Assembly (NCBI GenBank): GCA_964633905.1 | Contig: CAZWIT010000005.1 | Coordinates: 26,610 to 90,609 of the forward strand | DNA from: an uncultured Gammaproteobacteria bacterium | GTDB lineage: Bacteria; Patescibacteriota; Patescibacteriia; UBA1558; GWA2-36-10 | Direction of reading: 5' to 3' | Length of the DNA stretch: 64,000 nucleotides | In this document: positions 35,616 through 48,841 of the stretch, piece by piece | How positions within the stretch are numbered: position 1 is the stretch's first letter | How the letters are laid out: each line of letters opens with the position of its first letter | Program-made: the position numbers and the translations under genes | The notes under the pieces: model-generated | Databases searched by the model: none | The model's input: the letters and a program-made list of their open reading frames with translations, nothing else | What the model was told of the DNA's origin: nothing

Positions 35616-36923
35616 ATGATTAAAAAAACTATAAAAAAATTATTACCTAAAAAAATATTATTTTTTTATCACTGGTTTTTAGCACAAAGTGCCAGTTTTT
35701 ATTATGGCATGCCCAGCGAAAAATTAATTGTCATCGGCGTAACTGGTACCAATGGCAAAACCACCACGGTTAATTTTATTGGCCAATATTTAGAAGCCCT
35801 AGGTCAAAAGGTAGGTTTTATTTCAACTGTTAATTTTAAAATAAATGAAAAAGAATGGTTGAATGATAAAAAAATGACAATGCTGGGTCGCTTTGCTACG
35901 CAAAAACTTTTAAAGCAAATGCTAAAAGCTGGCTGTAAATATGTAGTTATTGAAAGCTCTTCTCAGGGCATAGAACAATATCGTCATGTTGGTATAAATT
36001 ATGATGTTTTGGTTTTTACTAATTTGACACCAGAACATATCGAGGCCCATGGTGGTTTTGAAAAATATCGAGCAGCTAAAGAAAAACTATTTTATCATCT
36101 AGGTAGATGTCGCCATAAAAAAATTGCTGGCAAAAAAATTGCCAAAGTAATTATTAGTAATAATGACGATGCGGAGACAGAGCGTTTGCGCAAAGTAAAG
36201 AGTGATAATTTTTTTACTTACGGCATTAAAACAAAGGCAGACTATTTTGCTACTAATATTATTAGTCAAGAAAATAAATTGAGCTTCCAACTCAAGGAAG
36301 TGTTGGTGGAAAATAATTTTTTAGGCGATTTTAATATTTATAATACTTTGGCAAGCATTAGCGCGGTTTCTATTTTAGGTTTTAATTTAAAACAAATTGC
36401 CGAAAAAAAATTAAAAGGAGTTCCTGGTAGACAGGAGTGGATTGAAACAGGCCAAAACTTTTCAATTTTAATTGACTATGCTCCAGAGCCAGAAAGCTTA
36501 AAACAGCTTTATCAATCTTTAAATCATATAATGTACAAACATTTGATTCATGTGATTGGCTCTTGTGGTGGTGGTAGGGATAGGGCTCGTCAGCCAATTT
36601 TAGGTAAAATGGCAGCCCAAAAGGCAGATATTGTAATTGTAACTAATGAAGATCCTTACGATGATGATCCAGAGGCGATTATTGCCAATGTTGCGCAAGG
36701 AGCCCTGGAGAGTGGTAAGATATTAAACGAAAATTTGTTTAAGGTTTCAGAGAGACGAGATGCCATTAAAATGGCTCTTAGATTAGCCAAAAAAGAAGAC
36801 TTGATCTTAATTACAGGTAAGGGCGCAGAACAATTTATTTGTGTTGCTAATGAAGAAAAAATTCCCTGGGACGATAGAGCGGTGGTTAGAGAAGAGCTTC
36901 AAAAAATAAGTCTAGAGGTTTAG
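35616..36923 (+). CDS. murE: UDP-MurNAc-tripeptide synthetase (MurE-like)
   Basis: GVTGTNGKTTT, ESSSQG, NLTPEHIEAH, GGGRD, NEDPYDDDP, GKGAE. Confidence 0.85.
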   Translation: MIKKTIKKLLPKKILFFYHWFLAQSASFYYGMPSEKLIVIGVTGTNGKTTTVNFIGQYLEALGQKVGFISTVNFKINEKEWLNDKKMTMLGRFATQKLLKQMLKAGCKYVVIESSSQGIEQYRHVGINYDVLVFTNLTPEHIEAHGGFEKYRAAKEKLFYHLGRCRHKKIAGKKIAKVIISNNDDAETERLRKVKSDNFFTYGIKTKADYFATNIISQENKLSFQLKEVLVENNFLGDFNIYNTLASISAVSILGFNLKQIAEKKLKGVPGRQEWIETGQNFSILIDYAPEPESLKQLYQSLNHIMYKHLIHVIGSCGGGRDRARQPILGKMAAQKADIVIVTNEDPYDDDPEAIIANVAQGALESGKILNENLFKVSERRDAIKMALRLAKKEDLILITGKGAEQFICVANEEKIPWDDRAVVREELQKISLEV

Positions 36924-36974
36924 TTTAGCTAAAAGTCTTATTTTATTGATTATTATTTAGCATTTTGTTTGTAT

Positions 36975-37342
36975 TTGACATGTATTGTGGATAACTTGTA
37001 TATAAAACCTTATTTTTGTGTATAATTTCGCTTAAATAAGGCTAAAAAATATATAATTTGACAAAAATTTATTTTTATATATAGTGATTTTTTGTCTAAT
37101 ATTAGCAATTTAATGCGCCAGAAAAGAGTCAATAAGTCTTTTTGGGCCCTAAGTCCTTGACAAGGAGCCTTTATTTTGGTAGCATTCAGGCATGAATTTT
37201 TCCTGGGCTAAGCTACTTTAGTCTTAATTTAATTAAATAACTGACCCAAATAGTACGGGTGAGTTTATTTTTTTGCGCCATAAAATTTATTAAAATATTA
37301 GCCACCTTTTTGGCTAAATTATAAATATCAACCAATATTTTT
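36975..37342 (+). promoter_or_regulatory. rpoBC upstream region: DnaA-box cluster, promoters and long leader
   Basis: TGTGGATAA 36986-36994, TGTATATAA 36997-37005, TGTGTATAA 37017-37025. TTGACA at 36975 and 37058. About 250-nt leader with short hairpins. Confidence 0.55.
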
Positions 37343-40300
37343 ATGCCTCAAACCAAACTTGCGACTGCTCGCAAATTTTTTACGCCACAACAAGAAGCTA
37401 TTCCATTACCAGACTTAGTGGAAGTGCAAAAAAAATCATATAATTGGTTTTTTTCAGAAGGCTTAAAAGAATTATTTGAAGAGATATCGCCGATTAGGGA
37501 TTTTATTGGTCGCGATTTAGAACTTTATTTCTTGGATTATTATTTGGACGAACCAAAATTTGACGAGGTTACTGCCAAGTCTAAAAATCTAACCCACGAA
37601 GCTCCTTTGCGTGTTAATATTCGTTTGGTAAACAAACGTACTAATGAGGTTAAAGAACAGGAAATATATTTAGGAGACTTTCCTATTATGACTGAGCGCG
37701 GCACCTTTATTGTTAATGGTGTTGAGCGTGTTGTTGTTTCTCAATTAATCAGAAGCGCTGGTGTGTTCTTTACTTCTGAAGTGCATCGTGGTCGTCGTTA
37801 TTATGGTGCTAAAATTATTCCTAATCGCGGTGCTTGGTTGGAAATTGAAACCGATGCTTCTAATGTTATTTATGTAAAAATTGATCGTAAGCGCAAGGTG
37901 CCAATTACAGCCTTGCTTAGGGCTTTAGGTAAAGGTACTAATGAAGAAATTTCTCAACTCTTTAGCGACGTGGATAATCATCCAGAAGTTAAATTTATAA
38001 AGAGCACCTTAGATAAAGATATTTCTCATAATGAAGCTGAAGGTTTGCGCGAAGTTTATCGCCGTATTCGTCCAGGTGATTTAGCAACCACTGATAATGC
38101 CAGGAGTTTAATTCACTCTATGTTTTTTGATTTTGATCGTTATGATTTTGGTAGAGTTGGTCGTTATAAAATAAATGCTCGTTTCAGCTTAGACCTTCCT
38201 AATAATAAAGAAACCAGAGTGTTGCGAGTTGATGATTTAGTTTTAGTAATCAAGGAAATTATTAGACTTAACCTTACTCAAGAAGAGGCTGATGATATTG
38301 ATCACTTGGGTAATCGTCGTGTTCGAGCTATTGGTGAATTAGTCCAAGGTCGTTTTCGTATCGGCTTGGCTCGTATGGAAAGAATTGTTAAAGACCGCAT
38401 GAGCACTTTGGATATTAATAGTCTTACTCCTAATCAATTAATAAACGCCCGTCCAGTTATTGGTGTAATTAAAGAGTTTTTTATGAGCTCTCAGCTTTCT
38501 CAATTCATGGATCAGGTGAATCCTTTGGCTGAACTAGAACATAAGCGTCGTTTATCAGCCATGGGTCCAGGTGGTTTATCTAGAGAAAGAGCTGGTTTTG
38601 AAGTTAGAGACGTGCACCGCACTCACTATGGTCGTATTTGTCCTATTGCTACTCCCGAGGGTCCAAACATTGGTTTGGTGGGACACCTAGCTTCTTATGC
38701 TCGGGTTAACGATTTTGGTTTTATTGAAACACCATTTTGTCGAGTTTTGCATGATATAGAAAATGATCCCAAGGTTACTGAAAATAAAATTGCTAGAATT
38801 GATATCGTTGATCCAGATAGCAAAAATATTATTGTAAAAGCCGGAGAAAAAATAAGCGCGAGCAAAGCCAAGGAACTGGCTCACTATAAAAATATCAACG
38901 TCGTTCCTATTAAGCCAATAGTAACTAAAGAAATTGTATATTTTGATGCTTTTGAAGAAGAAAAATATAACACAGCCGCGGCCACTACCCCAATTGACGA
39001 AGAGGGATATTTTGTTAATGAGTATGCAGAAATTAGGGTAAAAGGAAATCCAGCCTATGATAAAGTAGAAAAAATTGATTTACTAGATGTTGCCCCTAAT
39101 CAGATTGTTAGTATTGCTACTTCTTTAATTCCATTTTTAGAACATGACGATGCTGTGCGTGCTTTGATGGGAACAAACATGCAGCGCCAAGCAGTTTCTT
39201 TAATTAAACCAGAAGCACCTGTTGTGGGAACTGGTGTGGAAGCAAAAGCTGCCATTGACTCTGGTCAGGTAATTGTAGCTAAAGAAGATGGCGAGGTAAG
39301 TATGGTAGACAGTTGTCATATTGAAGTTACTAATAAAGATGGAGTTGTTACTCAATACAATTTAAATAAATTTGCCCGCTCCAATACTTCTACTAGTATG
39401 AATCAACATCCAATTGTTGATAAGGGTGAAAAGATTAAACGTGGTCAAGCTCTAGCCGATGGTGCTGCTACTGATCACGGTGAGTTAGCACTAGGTCGCA
39501 ATGTTTTGGTTGCTTATATGACTTGGGATGGTGGTAACTACGAAGATGCTATTTTAATTTCGGAAAGAGTTGTTAAAGGTGATTTTTATACATCTATCAG
39601 CATTGAAGATTATTCTATTGATGTTCGCGATACAAAACTTGGACCAGAAGTAATTACGCGCGACATTCCTAATGTTAGTGAAGAAAAATTAAAAGATTTA
39701 GATAGAGAAGGTATAGTTCGTATTGGTGCTAACGTTTCTTCTGGCGATATTTTAGTTGGAAAAATTACACCTAAGGGCGAAACTGAGCTTTCAGCTGAAG
39801 AAAAATTATTACGCGCCATTTTTGGTGAAAAAGCCAAAGATGTCAGGGACACTTCTTTATACTTGAAACACGGTGAACGAGGCAAGATTATTGATGTTAA
39901 AATATTTTCTCGTGACAAGGGTGATAAATTGCCAGCCGGCGTTATAAAAACTATTCAAGTAACTATTGCTCAGCTACGTAAAATTCAAGTAGGTGATAAA
40001 ATGGCTGGTCGTCATGGTAACAAAGGTGTTATTTCTCGCGTTGTGCCTGAGGCTGATATGCCATTTTTAGCTGACGGTACACCAGTTGACGTTATTTTAA
40101 ATCCCTTGGGCGTTATTTCTCGTATGAACTTGGGTCAATTACTCGAAACCCATTTGGGCTTAGCTGCTCGCACCTTGGGAATTAAAGTTGCAAGTCCAGC
40201 CTTAAATGGAGTGCCAGAAGAAATTATTAGAGAGCAATTGAAAAAAGCTGGTTGGCCAGAAGGTGGTAAAATACAATTATATGATGGTCGAACCGGACAA

Positions 40301-40783
40301 CCTTTTGCTAACAAGAGTACGGTCGGCGTTTCTTATATTTTGAAATTAAACCACTTAGTAGAAGATAAAATTCACCAACGTTCTATTGGTCCTTACTCAT
40401 TGGTTACTCAACAACCATTGGGCGGTAAAGCCCAATTTGGCGGACAAAGATTAGGAGAAATGGAAGTTTGGGCACTTGAAGCTTATGGTGCTTCTAATAC
40501 TTTGCAAGAAATGATTACCATTAAATCAGACGATGTACCTGGTCGCTCTAAAGCTTACGAGGCAATTATTAAGGGCGAGCCAATTAGACGCTTGAATATT
40601 CCAGAATCTTTTAATGTCTTGGTAAGAGAATTAAAAGGCCTGGGCTTAGAAGTGGAGTTAATTGGCCAAAGAGAACGCAAGGTAGAAGACGTTGATTCAG
40701 AGACTAGGGAAATATTAGAAGAAGAAGCCCCTATTATTATTGATGCCGTTGCCTCCCCAGAAACAGATGCCGTAGGCGAATAA
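37343..40783 (+). CDS. rpoB: RNA polymerase beta subunit
   Basis: [39 protein letters not shown]. Confidence 0.99.
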   Translation: MPQTKLATARKFFTPQQEAIPLPDLVEVQKKSYNWFFSEGLKELFEEISPIRDFIGRDLELYFLDYYLDEPKFDEVTAKSKNLTHEAPLRVNIRLVNKRTNEVKEQEIYLGDFPIMTERGTFIVNGVERVVVSQLIRSAGVFFTSEVHRGRRYYGAKIIPNRGAWLEIETDASNVIYVKIDRKRKVPITALLRALGKGTNEEISQLFSDVDNHPEVKFIKSTLDKDISHNEAEGLREVYRRIRPGDLATTDNARSLIHSMFFDFDRYDFGRVGRYKINARFSLDLPNNKETRVLRVDDLVLVIKEIIRLNLTQEEADDIDHLGNRRVRAIGELVQGRFRIGLARMERIVKDRMSTLDINSLTPNQLINARPVIGVIKEFFMSSQLSQFMDQVNPLAELEHKRRLSAMGPGGLSRERAGFEVRDVHRTHYGRICPIATPEGPNIGLVGHLASYARVNDFGFIETPFCRVLHDIENDPKVTENKIARIDIVDPDSKNIIVKAGEKISASKAKELAHYKNINVVPIKPIVTKEIVYFDAFEEEKYNTAAATTPIDEEGYFVNEYAEIRVKGNPAYDKVEKIDLLDVAPNQIVSIATSLIPFLEHDDAVRALMGTNMQRQAVSLIKPEAPVVGTGVEAKAAIDSGQVIVAKEDGEVSMVDSCHIEVTNKDGVVTQYNLNKFARSNTSTSMNQHPIVDKGEKIKRGQALADGAATDHGELALGRNVLVAYMTWDGGNYEDAILISERVVKGDFYTSISIEDYSIDVRDTKLGPEVITRDIPNVSEEKLKDLDREGIVRIGANVSSGDILVGKITPKGETELSAEEKLLRAIFGEKAKDVRDTSLYLKHGERGKIIDVKIFSRDKGDKLPAGVIKTIQVTIAQLRKIQVGDKMAGRHGNKGVISRVVPEADMPFLADGTPVDVILNPLGVISRMNLGQLLETHLGLAARTLGIKVASPALNGVPEEIIREQLKKAGWPEGGKIQLYDGRTGQPFANKSTVGVSYILKLNHLVEDKIHQRSIGPYSLVTQQPLGGKAQFGGQRLGEMEVWALEAYGASNTLQEMITIKSDDVPGRSKAYEAIIKGEPIRRLNIPESFNVLVRELKGLGLEVELIGQRERKVEDVDSETREILEEEAPIIIDAVASPETDAVGE

Positions 40784-40834
40784 TTTTTATAATTTTATTA
40801 CAAGCTTAAAATAATAAGCTAAGAGCAAAAAAAT

Positions 40835-43800
40835 ATGCCAACACCATCATCAACCAAGACAACTTTTGTGGCTCCAGACAAGAATACTGTTCTAGAGTTT
40901 GATGCGATTAAATTAAGACTCGCTTCCCCTGAAGACATTCACAACTGGTCACACGGCGAAGTTTTGAAGCCAGAAACTATTAATTATCGTACTCAAAAGC
41001 CAGAAAAAGACGGTTTGTTTTGTGAAAAAATATTTGGACCAACCAAAGATTGGGAGTGTTATTGTGGTAAGTATAAAAGAATTCGTTATAAAGGTATTAC
41101 TTGTGATAAGTGCGGTGTCGAAGTGACTAGAGCAGTGGTAAGGCGTGAGCGCATGGGTCACATTGACTTGGCAGCTCCAGTATCGCACATTTGGTTTTTG
41201 CGAGGTATACCATCTAAGATTGGTTTGGTTTTAGATCTCAGCATTCAATCTCTAGAAAAGGTAATTTACTTTGCTTCTTTTATTATTAATTATGTTGATG
41301 AAGCTGCTAGACAAGAAACAATCGAGCAGATTAAAAATGAATTAAAGAATAAGCGTAAACAAATTGATAACGAATTTAATCAACGTCAACAAGAAATTAA
41401 TCGCCGCAAAGTTAAACTTTTAGCAGAAGGTGATCACAAAGATAAGATTGAAAAAAGTATTGAGCAAGAATTAGTTGCTTTAAATGTTGCCAAGATTGAT
41501 AAAATTAAAACTTTAGAAGAAGCGGCTGAAATAGCTTTGCGCGAGCTAAAAGATTTGAAAGAATTGCAAATTATTTCTGAAAATAAATATCAAGAACTTT
41601 CTTTGCGCTATGGTCATGTTTTTGAAGCCGGTATTGGCGCTGAAGCTGTTAAAGAATTATTAAAGAAGATAGACTTAAAAAAACTTTACGACGACTTAGA
41701 AAAAGAAATTATTACTGCCATTCCTTCTAAGACTAAAAAATTAATTAGACGTTCTCGTTTAGTTAAAAGTTTGTTAATCAATCATATTAGGCCAGAGTGG
41801 ATGATTATGGATGCGGTACCAGTTATTCCTCCGGACTTGCGTCCCATGGTTCAGCTTGACGGCGGTCGTTTTGCTTCCTCTGATTTAAATGATTTATATC
41901 GTCGGGTAATCAATCGCAATAATCGTTTAAAGAGATTAAAGGAATTAAATGCTCCTGAAGTTATTCAACGCAACGAAAAGCGTATGTTGCAAGAAGCGGT
42001 TGATGCTTTGATTGATAATAATGCTCGTCATGGTAAAACCGTAACTGCTTCCACTGGTCAACGTAGAATGTTGAAGAGTATTGCCGACATGTTAAAAGGT
42101 AAACAGGGTCGTTTCCGCCAAAATTTATTAGGTAAACGTGTTGACTATTCTGGCCGTTCTGTAATTGTTATTGGTCCTCATTTAAAGTTGTATCAATGTG
42201 GTCTGCCAAAAACAATGGCCTTGGAGCTTTTTAGACCATTTGTTATTTCTAAATTAATTAAAGCTGAGTTGGTTCATAATGTTCGTTCAGCTAATCGTTA
42301 TATTGAGTCTGGTCAACCAGAAGTTTGGGCTATTTTAGAAGACATTATCAGAGGAGCTCATGTCATGTTAAACCGCGCTCCTACTTTGCATCGTCTAGGG
42401 ATTCAAGCCTTTCAGCCAGTTTTAATTGAAGGTAAGGCTATTCAATTACATCCTTTGGTTTGTGCGGCTTTTAATGCTGACTTTGATGGTGACCAAATGG
42501 CCGTGCATGTTCCTTTGACTGAGGAGTCAAAACAAGAGGCAGCCGAAATAATGTTGTCATCTAAGAACTTATTAAAACCAGCCACTGGTGAACCAGTGAC
42601 TATTCCTAACCAAGACATTGTTTGGGGTGGTTATTATTTAACTTATGTTAAAGCTGGCGCCAAAGTAGTAAAAGCTTTTAGCGATGAAGATGAGGCTGAA
42701 AAAGCATTTGCCCTAGGTATTGTAAATATTCAAGATTTGATAAAGGTAAGAATTGCTAAACTTAATAATCAAATCGTGGAAACTTCAGTAGGCAGAATTT
42801 TATTTAATAAAATTTTACCAACCGAAATAGCTTATATTAATGAAACTTTGGACAAAAAAGGTTTGAAAAATATTATTGCTGAATCTTTCCGTCGCTTGCC
42901 ACATGACACTACTGTTAAACTGTTGGACGATATTAAAGACTTGGCTTTTAAATATATTACTACTTCTGGACTTTCTTGGGGTATGGAGGATATTCCAAAA
43001 TTATCCGCTAAACCATCTTTAATTAAAGAGGGGGAAAAGAAAGTAGAAGAAATAAAAGAGCAATATCAAAACGGTTTGCTTACTAATCGGGAAAGGTATA
43101 TTAAAGTTATTGAAGTTTGGAATGATATCAAAAATCGTATTAGCGAACAATGCAAGCCATTACTTGATCCACAAAATTCTATTGCAGGTATTATTAATTC
43201 TGGCGCCAGAGGTTCATGGGCACAGATGATTCAGATCATGGGTATTAAAGGTATGGTGGTAAACCCAGCCGGTGATGTTATGGAATTGCCAGTCAAAGCT
43301 TCTTTTCAAGAAGGCCTGGACGTTTTGGAATATTTTATTTCTACTCACGGAACTAGAAAAGGTTTGTCAGACACTGCTTTGCGTACAGCTTCGGCTGGCT
43401 ATTTGACCAGAAGAATGGTTGACGTTTCTCAAGATGTGGTCATTTTGGAAGACGACTGTCATGATAAAGAAGGTTTGGTCATTACTCGCGAAGAAAGCAA
43501 GCTTTTAAATGAGCCGCTGCACGAAAGAATAATTGGTCGATTTTTAATAGATGATATTAAAGATGCTGACGGCAAGGTTTTAATCAAAAAGAATGTCTTG
43601 GTCACCAAAGAAATGGCCGAACATATTATTAAAGCCAATCCAGAAAAAGTTAAGGCTAGATCAGTTTTGACTTGTAAGGCAGTGCGCGGTATTTGTAAGC
43701 ATTGTTATGGTTATGATTTGGGCTATAATAAATTAGTAGAAGCAGGAACGGCTGTTGGTATTGTGGCTGCTCAAAGTATTGGTGAGCCTGGTACTCAGCT

Positions 43801-44716
43801 TACCATGCGTACCTTCCACACTGGCGGTGTTGCTGAAGGTGATATTACCCAGGGTTTACCAAGGGTAGAAGAACTATTTGAAGCTCGTCCACCTAAAAAA
43901 TCAGCCATTCTAGCCCCAGTTACAGGTATCGTTAGTATTGAAGACAACAATAGACTGGTTAGTAAAGATAATCGTTTAGTTAAAATTCAACCTCAGGGCT
44001 CAAGAATTGCTAAATATGAATTAGAAAAAGGCTTAGAACTCAAGGTAAAAGATGGTGACGAAGTGATAAAAGACCAACTCTTATTTGTTAATGAGGACGA
44101 AGAAGTTAGAGCTGGCTTTAAGGGCGTAGTAAAATTGACCAGTGACCAACTTCAAGTTATGACTAATAAGGATGAGGTGCAGGAAGTTATTATTCCAGCT
44201 GGTTACAGCTTGTGGGTGAGAGATAAAGATCTAGTAACAGAAGGTCAGCAATTGACTGAGGGTAGTATTGATTTACACGAGCTTTATAGCTTGCAAGGCA
44301 AATTGGCAGTTCAGAAATATATTATCAAAGAAATTAAACATATTTATTCTTCCCAAGGTCAAAATCTAAATGATAAACACGTAGAGTTAATTGTTAGACA
44401 GATGTTTTCTCGTATTTTAATCAAAGATGTGGGTGAGACCGAATTGTTGCCAGGCGAAGTAATTACCAATACTCAATTTATGGAAGCAAATATTAAATCC
44501 AGTGGCCAATCAGCTAGAGGCGAAATATTATTGTTAGGCATTACTAAAGCAGCCCTGACATCAGACTCTTTCTTGTCAGCTGCTTCTTTCCAGGAAACAG
44601 CTCGCGTCTTAATCGATGCTGCTATTACTGGTAAGATAGATCATCTAAAAGGCTTAAAAGAAAATGTAATTATTGGCCGTAAAATACCAGCTGGTACCGG
44701 CTTTCAAAACAGATAA
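40835..44716 (+). CDS. rpoC: RNA polymerase beta' subunit
   Basis: [12 protein letters not shown] catalytic motif, N-terminal Zn finger. Confidence 0.99.
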   Translation: MPTPSSTKTTFVAPDKNTVLEFDAIKLRLASPEDIHNWSHGEVLKPETINYRTQKPEKDGLFCEKIFGPTKDWECYCGKYKRIRYKGITCDKCGVEVTRAVVRRERMGHIDLAAPVSHIWFLRGIPSKIGLVLDLSIQSLEKVIYFASFIINYVDEAARQETIEQIKNELKNKRKQIDNEFNQRQQEINRRKVKLLAEGDHKDKIEKSIEQELVALNVAKIDKIKTLEEAAEIALRELKDLKELQIISENKYQELSLRYGHVFEAGIGAEAVKELLKKIDLKKLYDDLEKEIITAIPSKTKKLIRRSRLVKSLLINHIRPEWMIMDAVPVIPPDLRPMVQLDGGRFASSDLNDLYRRVINRNNRLKRLKELNAPEVIQRNEKRMLQEAVDALIDNNARHGKTVTASTGQRRMLKSIADMLKGKQGRFRQNLLGKRVDYSGRSVIVIGPHLKLYQCGLPKTMALELFRPFVISKLIKAELVHNVRSANRYIESGQPEVWAILEDIIRGAHVMLNRAPTLHRLGIQAFQPVLIEGKAIQLHPLVCAAFNADFDGDQMAVHVPLTEESKQEAAEIMLSSKNLLKPATGEPVTIPNQDIVWGGYYLTYVKAGAKVVKAFSDEDEAEKAFALGIVNIQDLIKVRIAKLNNQIVETSVGRILFNKILPTEIAYINETLDKKGLKNIIAESFRRLPHDTTVKLLDDIKDLAFKYITTSGLSWGMEDIPKLSAKPSLIKEGEKKVEEIKEQYQNGLLTNRERYIKVIEVWNDIKNRISEQCKPLLDPQNSIAGIINSGARGSWAQMIQIMGIKGMVVNPAGDVMELPVKASFQEGLDVLEYFISTHGTRKGLSDTALRTASAGYLTRRMVDVSQDVVILEDDCHDKEGLVITREESKLLNEPLHERIIGRFLIDDIKDADGKVLIKKNVLVTKEMAEHIIKANPEKVKARSVLTCKAVRGICKHCYGYDLGYNKLVEAGTAVGIVAAQSIGEPGTQLTMRTFHTGGVAEGDITQGLPRVEELFEARPPKKSAILAPVTGIVSIEDNNRLVSKDNRLVKIQPQGSRIAKYELEKGLELKVKDGDEVIKDQLLFVNEDEEVRAGFKGVVKLTSDQLQVMTNKDEVQEVIIPAGYSLWVRDKDLVTEGQQLTEGSIDLHELYSLQGKLAVQKYIIKEIKHIYSSQGQNLNDKHVELIVRQMFSRILIKDVGETELLPGEVITNTQFMEANIKSSGQSARGEILLLGITKAALTSDSFLSAASFQETARVLIDAAITGKIDHLKGLKENVIIGRKIPAGTGFQNR

Positions 44717-44724
44717 ATAATAAG

Positions 44725-44756
44725 AAAACCCTTTGTTTTTAAACAAGGGGTTTTTT
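44725..44756 (+). terminator. rpoBC terminator
   Basis: AAAACCCTTTG...CAAGGGGTTTTTT. Confidence 0.8.
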
Positions 44757-44818
44757 GTTTATTTTTTTTCTAAAACGTGATAAAATAGAGACGATTTAAC
44801 GATTTTTATTAGTCATTT

Positions 44819-47020
44819 ATGGCAAAAAATAACAAAAAAAATCAGCCCCTAGACTTAGTAAAAGCTGAAAAATTTAACATGAACCCCAACACTAAGGGGG
44901 CAATTTTTACTATCATTGTTTTCTTAATCGCCTTTTTATCGGTTTTATCCTTATTTAATTTAGCTGGTCCTTTTGGTCAAGCTTTAAGTTATGGCTTGGG
45001 TTTTTTGTTTGGTTGGTCAGATTGGTTATTTATTCTTTTATTATTATTAGTTGGTTATTGGTTACTTAAAAGCCCTGACCATAAGATAAAAATTATAACC
45101 TATATTGGTTTATTTATTTTAATTTTTTCAGTTACTGGTTTACTTAATTTTTTTGTGTCAGATTTTACTTTTAAAGAGATTGTCAGTGCTGGTGATGGCG
45201 GTGGTGCTTGTGGTTGGGCTATGGGCTGGTTGCTTACTAAGTTTTTAGGGTTTTGGGGTAGTTTATTGGTATTTTTAGGATTATTTTTGGTAGGATTATT
45301 TTTGGCATTTAATACTTCGTTTAAAGATTTACACGAAAAAACAAAGTCTTTAGGCCTATTAAAGGAAAAGGTAATGCCAGTAATTGATGAAAATAGTGAA
45401 GAAGAAGATGAAGAAGAGTTTGAGAGTGTAGAGCCAGAAGACAATGCAGACAAATATTCAGAAGATATAAAAGAAGAGGCAGTTGAAGAAAGTGATGACG
45501 ATGAAGATGAGAGTGTAGCGACTAACAGTAGAAAAACTAATTCAAAAAAAATTGTAGTACCAATTGATCTACTTAAAGGCTCAACTAGCAAGCCAGACTC
45601 TGGTGATATTGATGCTAATATGCAGAAGATCAAAAAGACTTTTGAAAATTTTGGTATTTCAGTAGAAATGGGAGAGGTGAATGTTGGTCCAACTGTAACT
45701 CAATATACTTTGCGTCCAGCCGAAGGCGTGCGTTTGGCTCAGGTTTTGACCTTGCAAAATGATTTAGCCTTAGCTTTGGCTGCTCACCCAATTCGTATGG
45801 AAGCGCCGATTCCAGGTAAATCTTTGGTGGGTATTGAGGTGCCAAATCAAAGTGTGGCCACAGTAAAATTAAGAGACATATTAGAAAGTCAGGCTTATTC
45901 CAAGCGTAAGGGCAATTTATACATAGTTTTAGGTAAAGATGTGTCTGGTGCTCCGATCATGGCTAACCTAGCTAGTATGCCACATTTATTAATTGCTGGC
46001 TCTACTGGCTCTGGTAAATCAGTTTGTGTAAATAATATTATTTTAAGTTTAATTTACGAAAACTCGCCAGCAGACTTACAATTTATTTTAATAGATCCTA
46101 AGAGAGTAGAGCTTTCGGCTTATAAAGACATTCCTTATTTATTAGCCCCAGTATTAAATGATACTGATAAAATTATTAATTCTTTGCGTTGGGTAGTAAA
46201 AGAAATGCAAGAACGTTATAAGTTGTTGCAAGCTGCTAATAAAAGAAATTTAGATGCCTATAACAAGGCAGTAATTGTTAATCGTTTGCCTTACTTGGTG
46301 GTTATTATTGATGAGTTTGCCGCCTTGATGTCACTAGCTTCTAAAGAAGTAGAAGCGGCGGTAGTAAGTCTTGCGCAACTTGGTAGAGCAGCTGGCATTC
46401 ATTTGATTTTAGCTACCCAAAGACCATCAGTCGATGTTATTACTGGCTTGATCAAAGCTAATATTGGGTCACGTATTGCTTTTGCCGTTGCTTCAGCAAT
46501 GGACTCTCGTACTATTATTGATTCATCGGGAGCAGAAAAACTTTTAGGCAAAGGCGATATGTTGTTTATGACTACCGAATCTTCCAAAGTTAAACGTATT
46601 CAAGGTGCTTATGTTACTGACGAAGAAATAAATGATATTACTGAATTTTTAAGACAACAAGGAGAACCAAGTTACAATAATGATGTTACCGAGAAAATGG
46701 CTGGTAGTAGTGTTATGGGAGTGGGTCGTGAAAATAGAGCAGATGAATTATTAGAAGAAGCAAAAGAAATTGTAGTAAGGAGCGGTAAGGCATCAGCTAC
46801 CCTATTACAAAGACGTTTACGTATAGGTTATGCTCGAGCGGCTGGTTTACTTGATTCATTAGAGCAGCAGGGAGTAGTTGGTCAAGCGCAAGGTGCTAAG
46901 GCTAGGGAAGTTTTAATTTCCCAAGATGATTTAGAAAATAATTTTAGCTCATCTCTAGATGAAACAGAAGAAGATGATCTTGATGATAATGAAGAAAAGG
47001 TTTTAGCAGATAGCGATTAA
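44819..47020 (+). CDS. ftsK: DNA translocase FtsK/SpoIIIE
   Basis: 4TM N-terminus, AGSTGSGKS, LATQRPS, gamma domain LQRRLRIGYARA. Confidence 0.96.
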   Translation: MAKNNKKNQPLDLVKAEKFNMNPNTKGAIFTIIVFLIAFLSVLSLFNLAGPFGQALSYGLGFLFGWSDWLFILLLLLVGYWLLKSPDHKIKIITYIGLFILIFSVTGLLNFFVSDFTFKEIVSAGDGGGACGWAMGWLLTKFLGFWGSLLVFLGLFLVGLFLAFNTSFKDLHEKTKSLGLLKEKVMPVIDENSEEEDEEEFESVEPEDNADKYSEDIKEEAVEESDDDEDESVATNSRKTNSKKIVVPIDLLKGSTSKPDSGDIDANMQKIKKTFENFGISVEMGEVNVGPTVTQYTLRPAEGVRLAQVLTLQNDLALALAAHPIRMEAPIPGKSLVGIEVPNQSVATVKLRDILESQAYSKRKGNLYIVLGKDVSGAPIMANLASMPHLLIAGSTGSGKSVCVNNIILSLIYENSPADLQFILIDPKRVELSAYKDIPYLLAPVLNDTDKIINSLRWVVKEMQERYKLLQAANKRNLDAYNKAVIVNRLPYLVVIIDEFAALMSLASKEVEAAVVSLAQLGRAAGIHLILATQRPSVDVITGLIKANIGSRIAFAVASAMDSRTIIDSSGAEKLLGKGDMLFMTTESSKVKRIQGAYVTDEEINDITEFLRQQGEPSYNNDVTEKMAGSSVMGVGRENRADELLEEAKEIVVRSGKASATLLQRRLRIGYARAAGLLDSLEQQGVVGQAQGAKAREVLISQDDLENNFSSSLDETEEDDLDDNEEKVLADSD

Positions 47021-47027
47021 AATTAAT

Positions 47028-47705
47028 TTGAATATGGCTAGTTGGCAACAAAAAAATATTAATCGCTCGCAAACCTTGGCAGAAAAAATCAAACAGACGC
47101 GTTTGGATATGGGTTTAGAATTGGCTAATATTAGCAAAAAAATAAACATACCCCTTAAATATCTAGAATTACTGGAAGCTGGAGAATATCAGTCTTTGCC
47201 AGGGGATATTTATGCTCGGGCTTGGTTAAAAAAATATGCTAAAGTTCTAGCTCTTGATACAGATGACTTGTTGGTAGATTTTCAAATTGAAAAAAATATT
47301 AATAAAAAAATAGAAGCTATTGGTCAGGACAAGAAAAAACGTTTAAATTGGACATGGCTAAGACCGTATTTATTACGTTGGTTAATGATTGTGATTGTTG
47401 CAGGCGCTCTGCTTAGTTATTTGGTGTGGGAAATATTTAATATTGTTCAGGCTCCAAAATTAGTATTATTAGAACCAAATAATAATCATAAGACCATAGA
47501 GGCTAGCATTGATATTAGTGGTCAAACCGAGCCAGAAGTGCAATTGAATATTAATGGTGAGCAGGTTCTTTTAGATAATCAAGGATATTTTAAAAAAAAT
47601 ATTAATTTAGCGCTTGGCTTGAATAATTTAGAAATAAGTGCTAAAAAGAAACATAGTCGAACCCGTTATTTACAGGTAGTAATTTTGCGGGAAAATTTAG
47701 ATTAA
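47028..47705 (+). CDS. RodZ-like HTH membrane protein with C-terminal Ig-like domain
   Basis: Xre-type HTH (YLELLEAGEYQSLPGDIY), one TM, follows ftsK. Confidence 0.8.
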   Translation: MNMASWQQKNINRSQTLAEKIKQTRLDMGLELANISKKINIPLKYLELLEAGEYQSLPGDIYARAWLKKYAKVLALDTDDLLVDFQIEKNINKKIEAIGQDKKKRLNWTWLRPYLLRWLMIVIVAGALLSYLVWEIFNIVQAPKLVLLEPNNNHKTIEASIDISGQTEPEVQLNINGEQVLLDNQGYFKKNINLALGLNNLEISAKKKHSRTRYLQVVILRENLD

Positions 47706-47759
47706 TTATTTATAGCAGGCTTGGATTAACACGGGCAGTTTGCTAAACGAGGAAAAAAT

Positions 47760-48776
47760 ATGGCAACAGATAAAAAAGTAAAACACAATTTTGATCGGGC
47801 AACCACTGAAGCGATAGAGCAAATCCGTAGCCGTTTTGGTGATGGGGCAATTATGAGCTTAGGCGATGCTAAGGCTATGAATGTTGAGGCGGTCAGCACC
47901 GGCTGTTTGTCTCTTGATTTAGCGCTTGGTGTTGGCGGTGTGCCCAAGGGTAGAGTTATAGAAATTTATGGGCCAGAGTCTTCAGGCAAAACAACTCTCG
48001 CTCAGCACATTGTAGCCGAAGCACAGCGTCAAGGCGGCATTGCTGCTTTTGTAGATGCAGAACACGCTTTGGATCCAGATTATGCTCGTCGCATTGGTGT
48101 TAATATTGACGAATTATTAATTTCACAACCAGACACTGGCGAACAAGCTTTAGAAATAGTAGAAACTTTAGTACGCTCAAATAGTGTTAGTGTAATTGTG
48201 GTTGACTCAGTTGCAGCTTTAGTGCCGAAGGCAGAGATAGAGGGCGACATGGGTGATTCACACATGGGTTTGCAGGCAAGATTAATGAGTCAAGCTTTAC
48301 GAAAACTTGCTGGCATTGTTCATAAGAGTAATACGATAGTTATTTTTATTAATCAGATTCGCATGAAGATTGGTGTATTTTTTGGTAATCCAGAAACTAC
48401 ACCTGGTGGTAATGCTTTAAAATTTTATTCATCAGTACGTATTGAAGTTAGACGCTCAGCTCAGATTAAACAAGGAGAAAAAATTATTGGTAATCAGGTA
48501 AAGGCTAAAATCGTTAAAAATAAAGTGGCCGCTCCTTTTAAAACAGCTACCTTTGATATTATGTATAATGAGGGCATTTCCGTTGCAGCTGATGCTATTG
48601 ATACTGGTCTTGCCCTAGGCGTTGTTACTAAAGCTGGTAACTCCTATTCTTGTGGTGATACAAAACTAGGAGTCGGTAGAGAAAATGCTAAAAATTATCT
48701 AAAAGAAAATCCAGAGCTTCTAGACAAGATAAAAAAAGATGTATGGACAAGCTATAAATCTCAAGAAATAGAATAG
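47760..48776 (+). CDS. recA: Recombinase A
   Basis: [28 protein letters not shown]. Confidence 0.99.
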   Translation: MATDKKVKHNFDRATTEAIEQIRSRFGDGAIMSLGDAKAMNVEAVSTGCLSLDLALGVGGVPKGRVIEIYGPESSGKTTLAQHIVAEAQRQGGIAAFVDAEHALDPDYARRIGVNIDELLISQPDTGEQALEIVETLVRSNSVSVIVVDSVAALVPKAEIEGDMGDSHMGLQARLMSQALRKLAGIVHKSNTIVIFINQIRMKIGVFFGNPETTPGGNALKFYSSVRIEVRRSAQIKQGEKIIGNQVKAKIVKNKVAAPFKTATFDIMYNEGISVAADAIDTGLALGVVTKAGNSYSCGDTKLGVGRENAKNYLKENPELLDKIKKDVWTSYKSQEIE

Positions 48777-48784
48777 AATATATG

Positions 48785-48817
48785 AAACAATCTCGAACAT
48801 TCGGGATTGTTTTTTTT
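48785..48817 (+). terminator. recA terminator
   Basis: AAACAATCTCGAA-c-ATTCGGGATTGTTT plus T tract. Confidence 0.75.
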
Positions 48818-48841
48818 ATGGCTGCTTAGTATAATAGCCCT

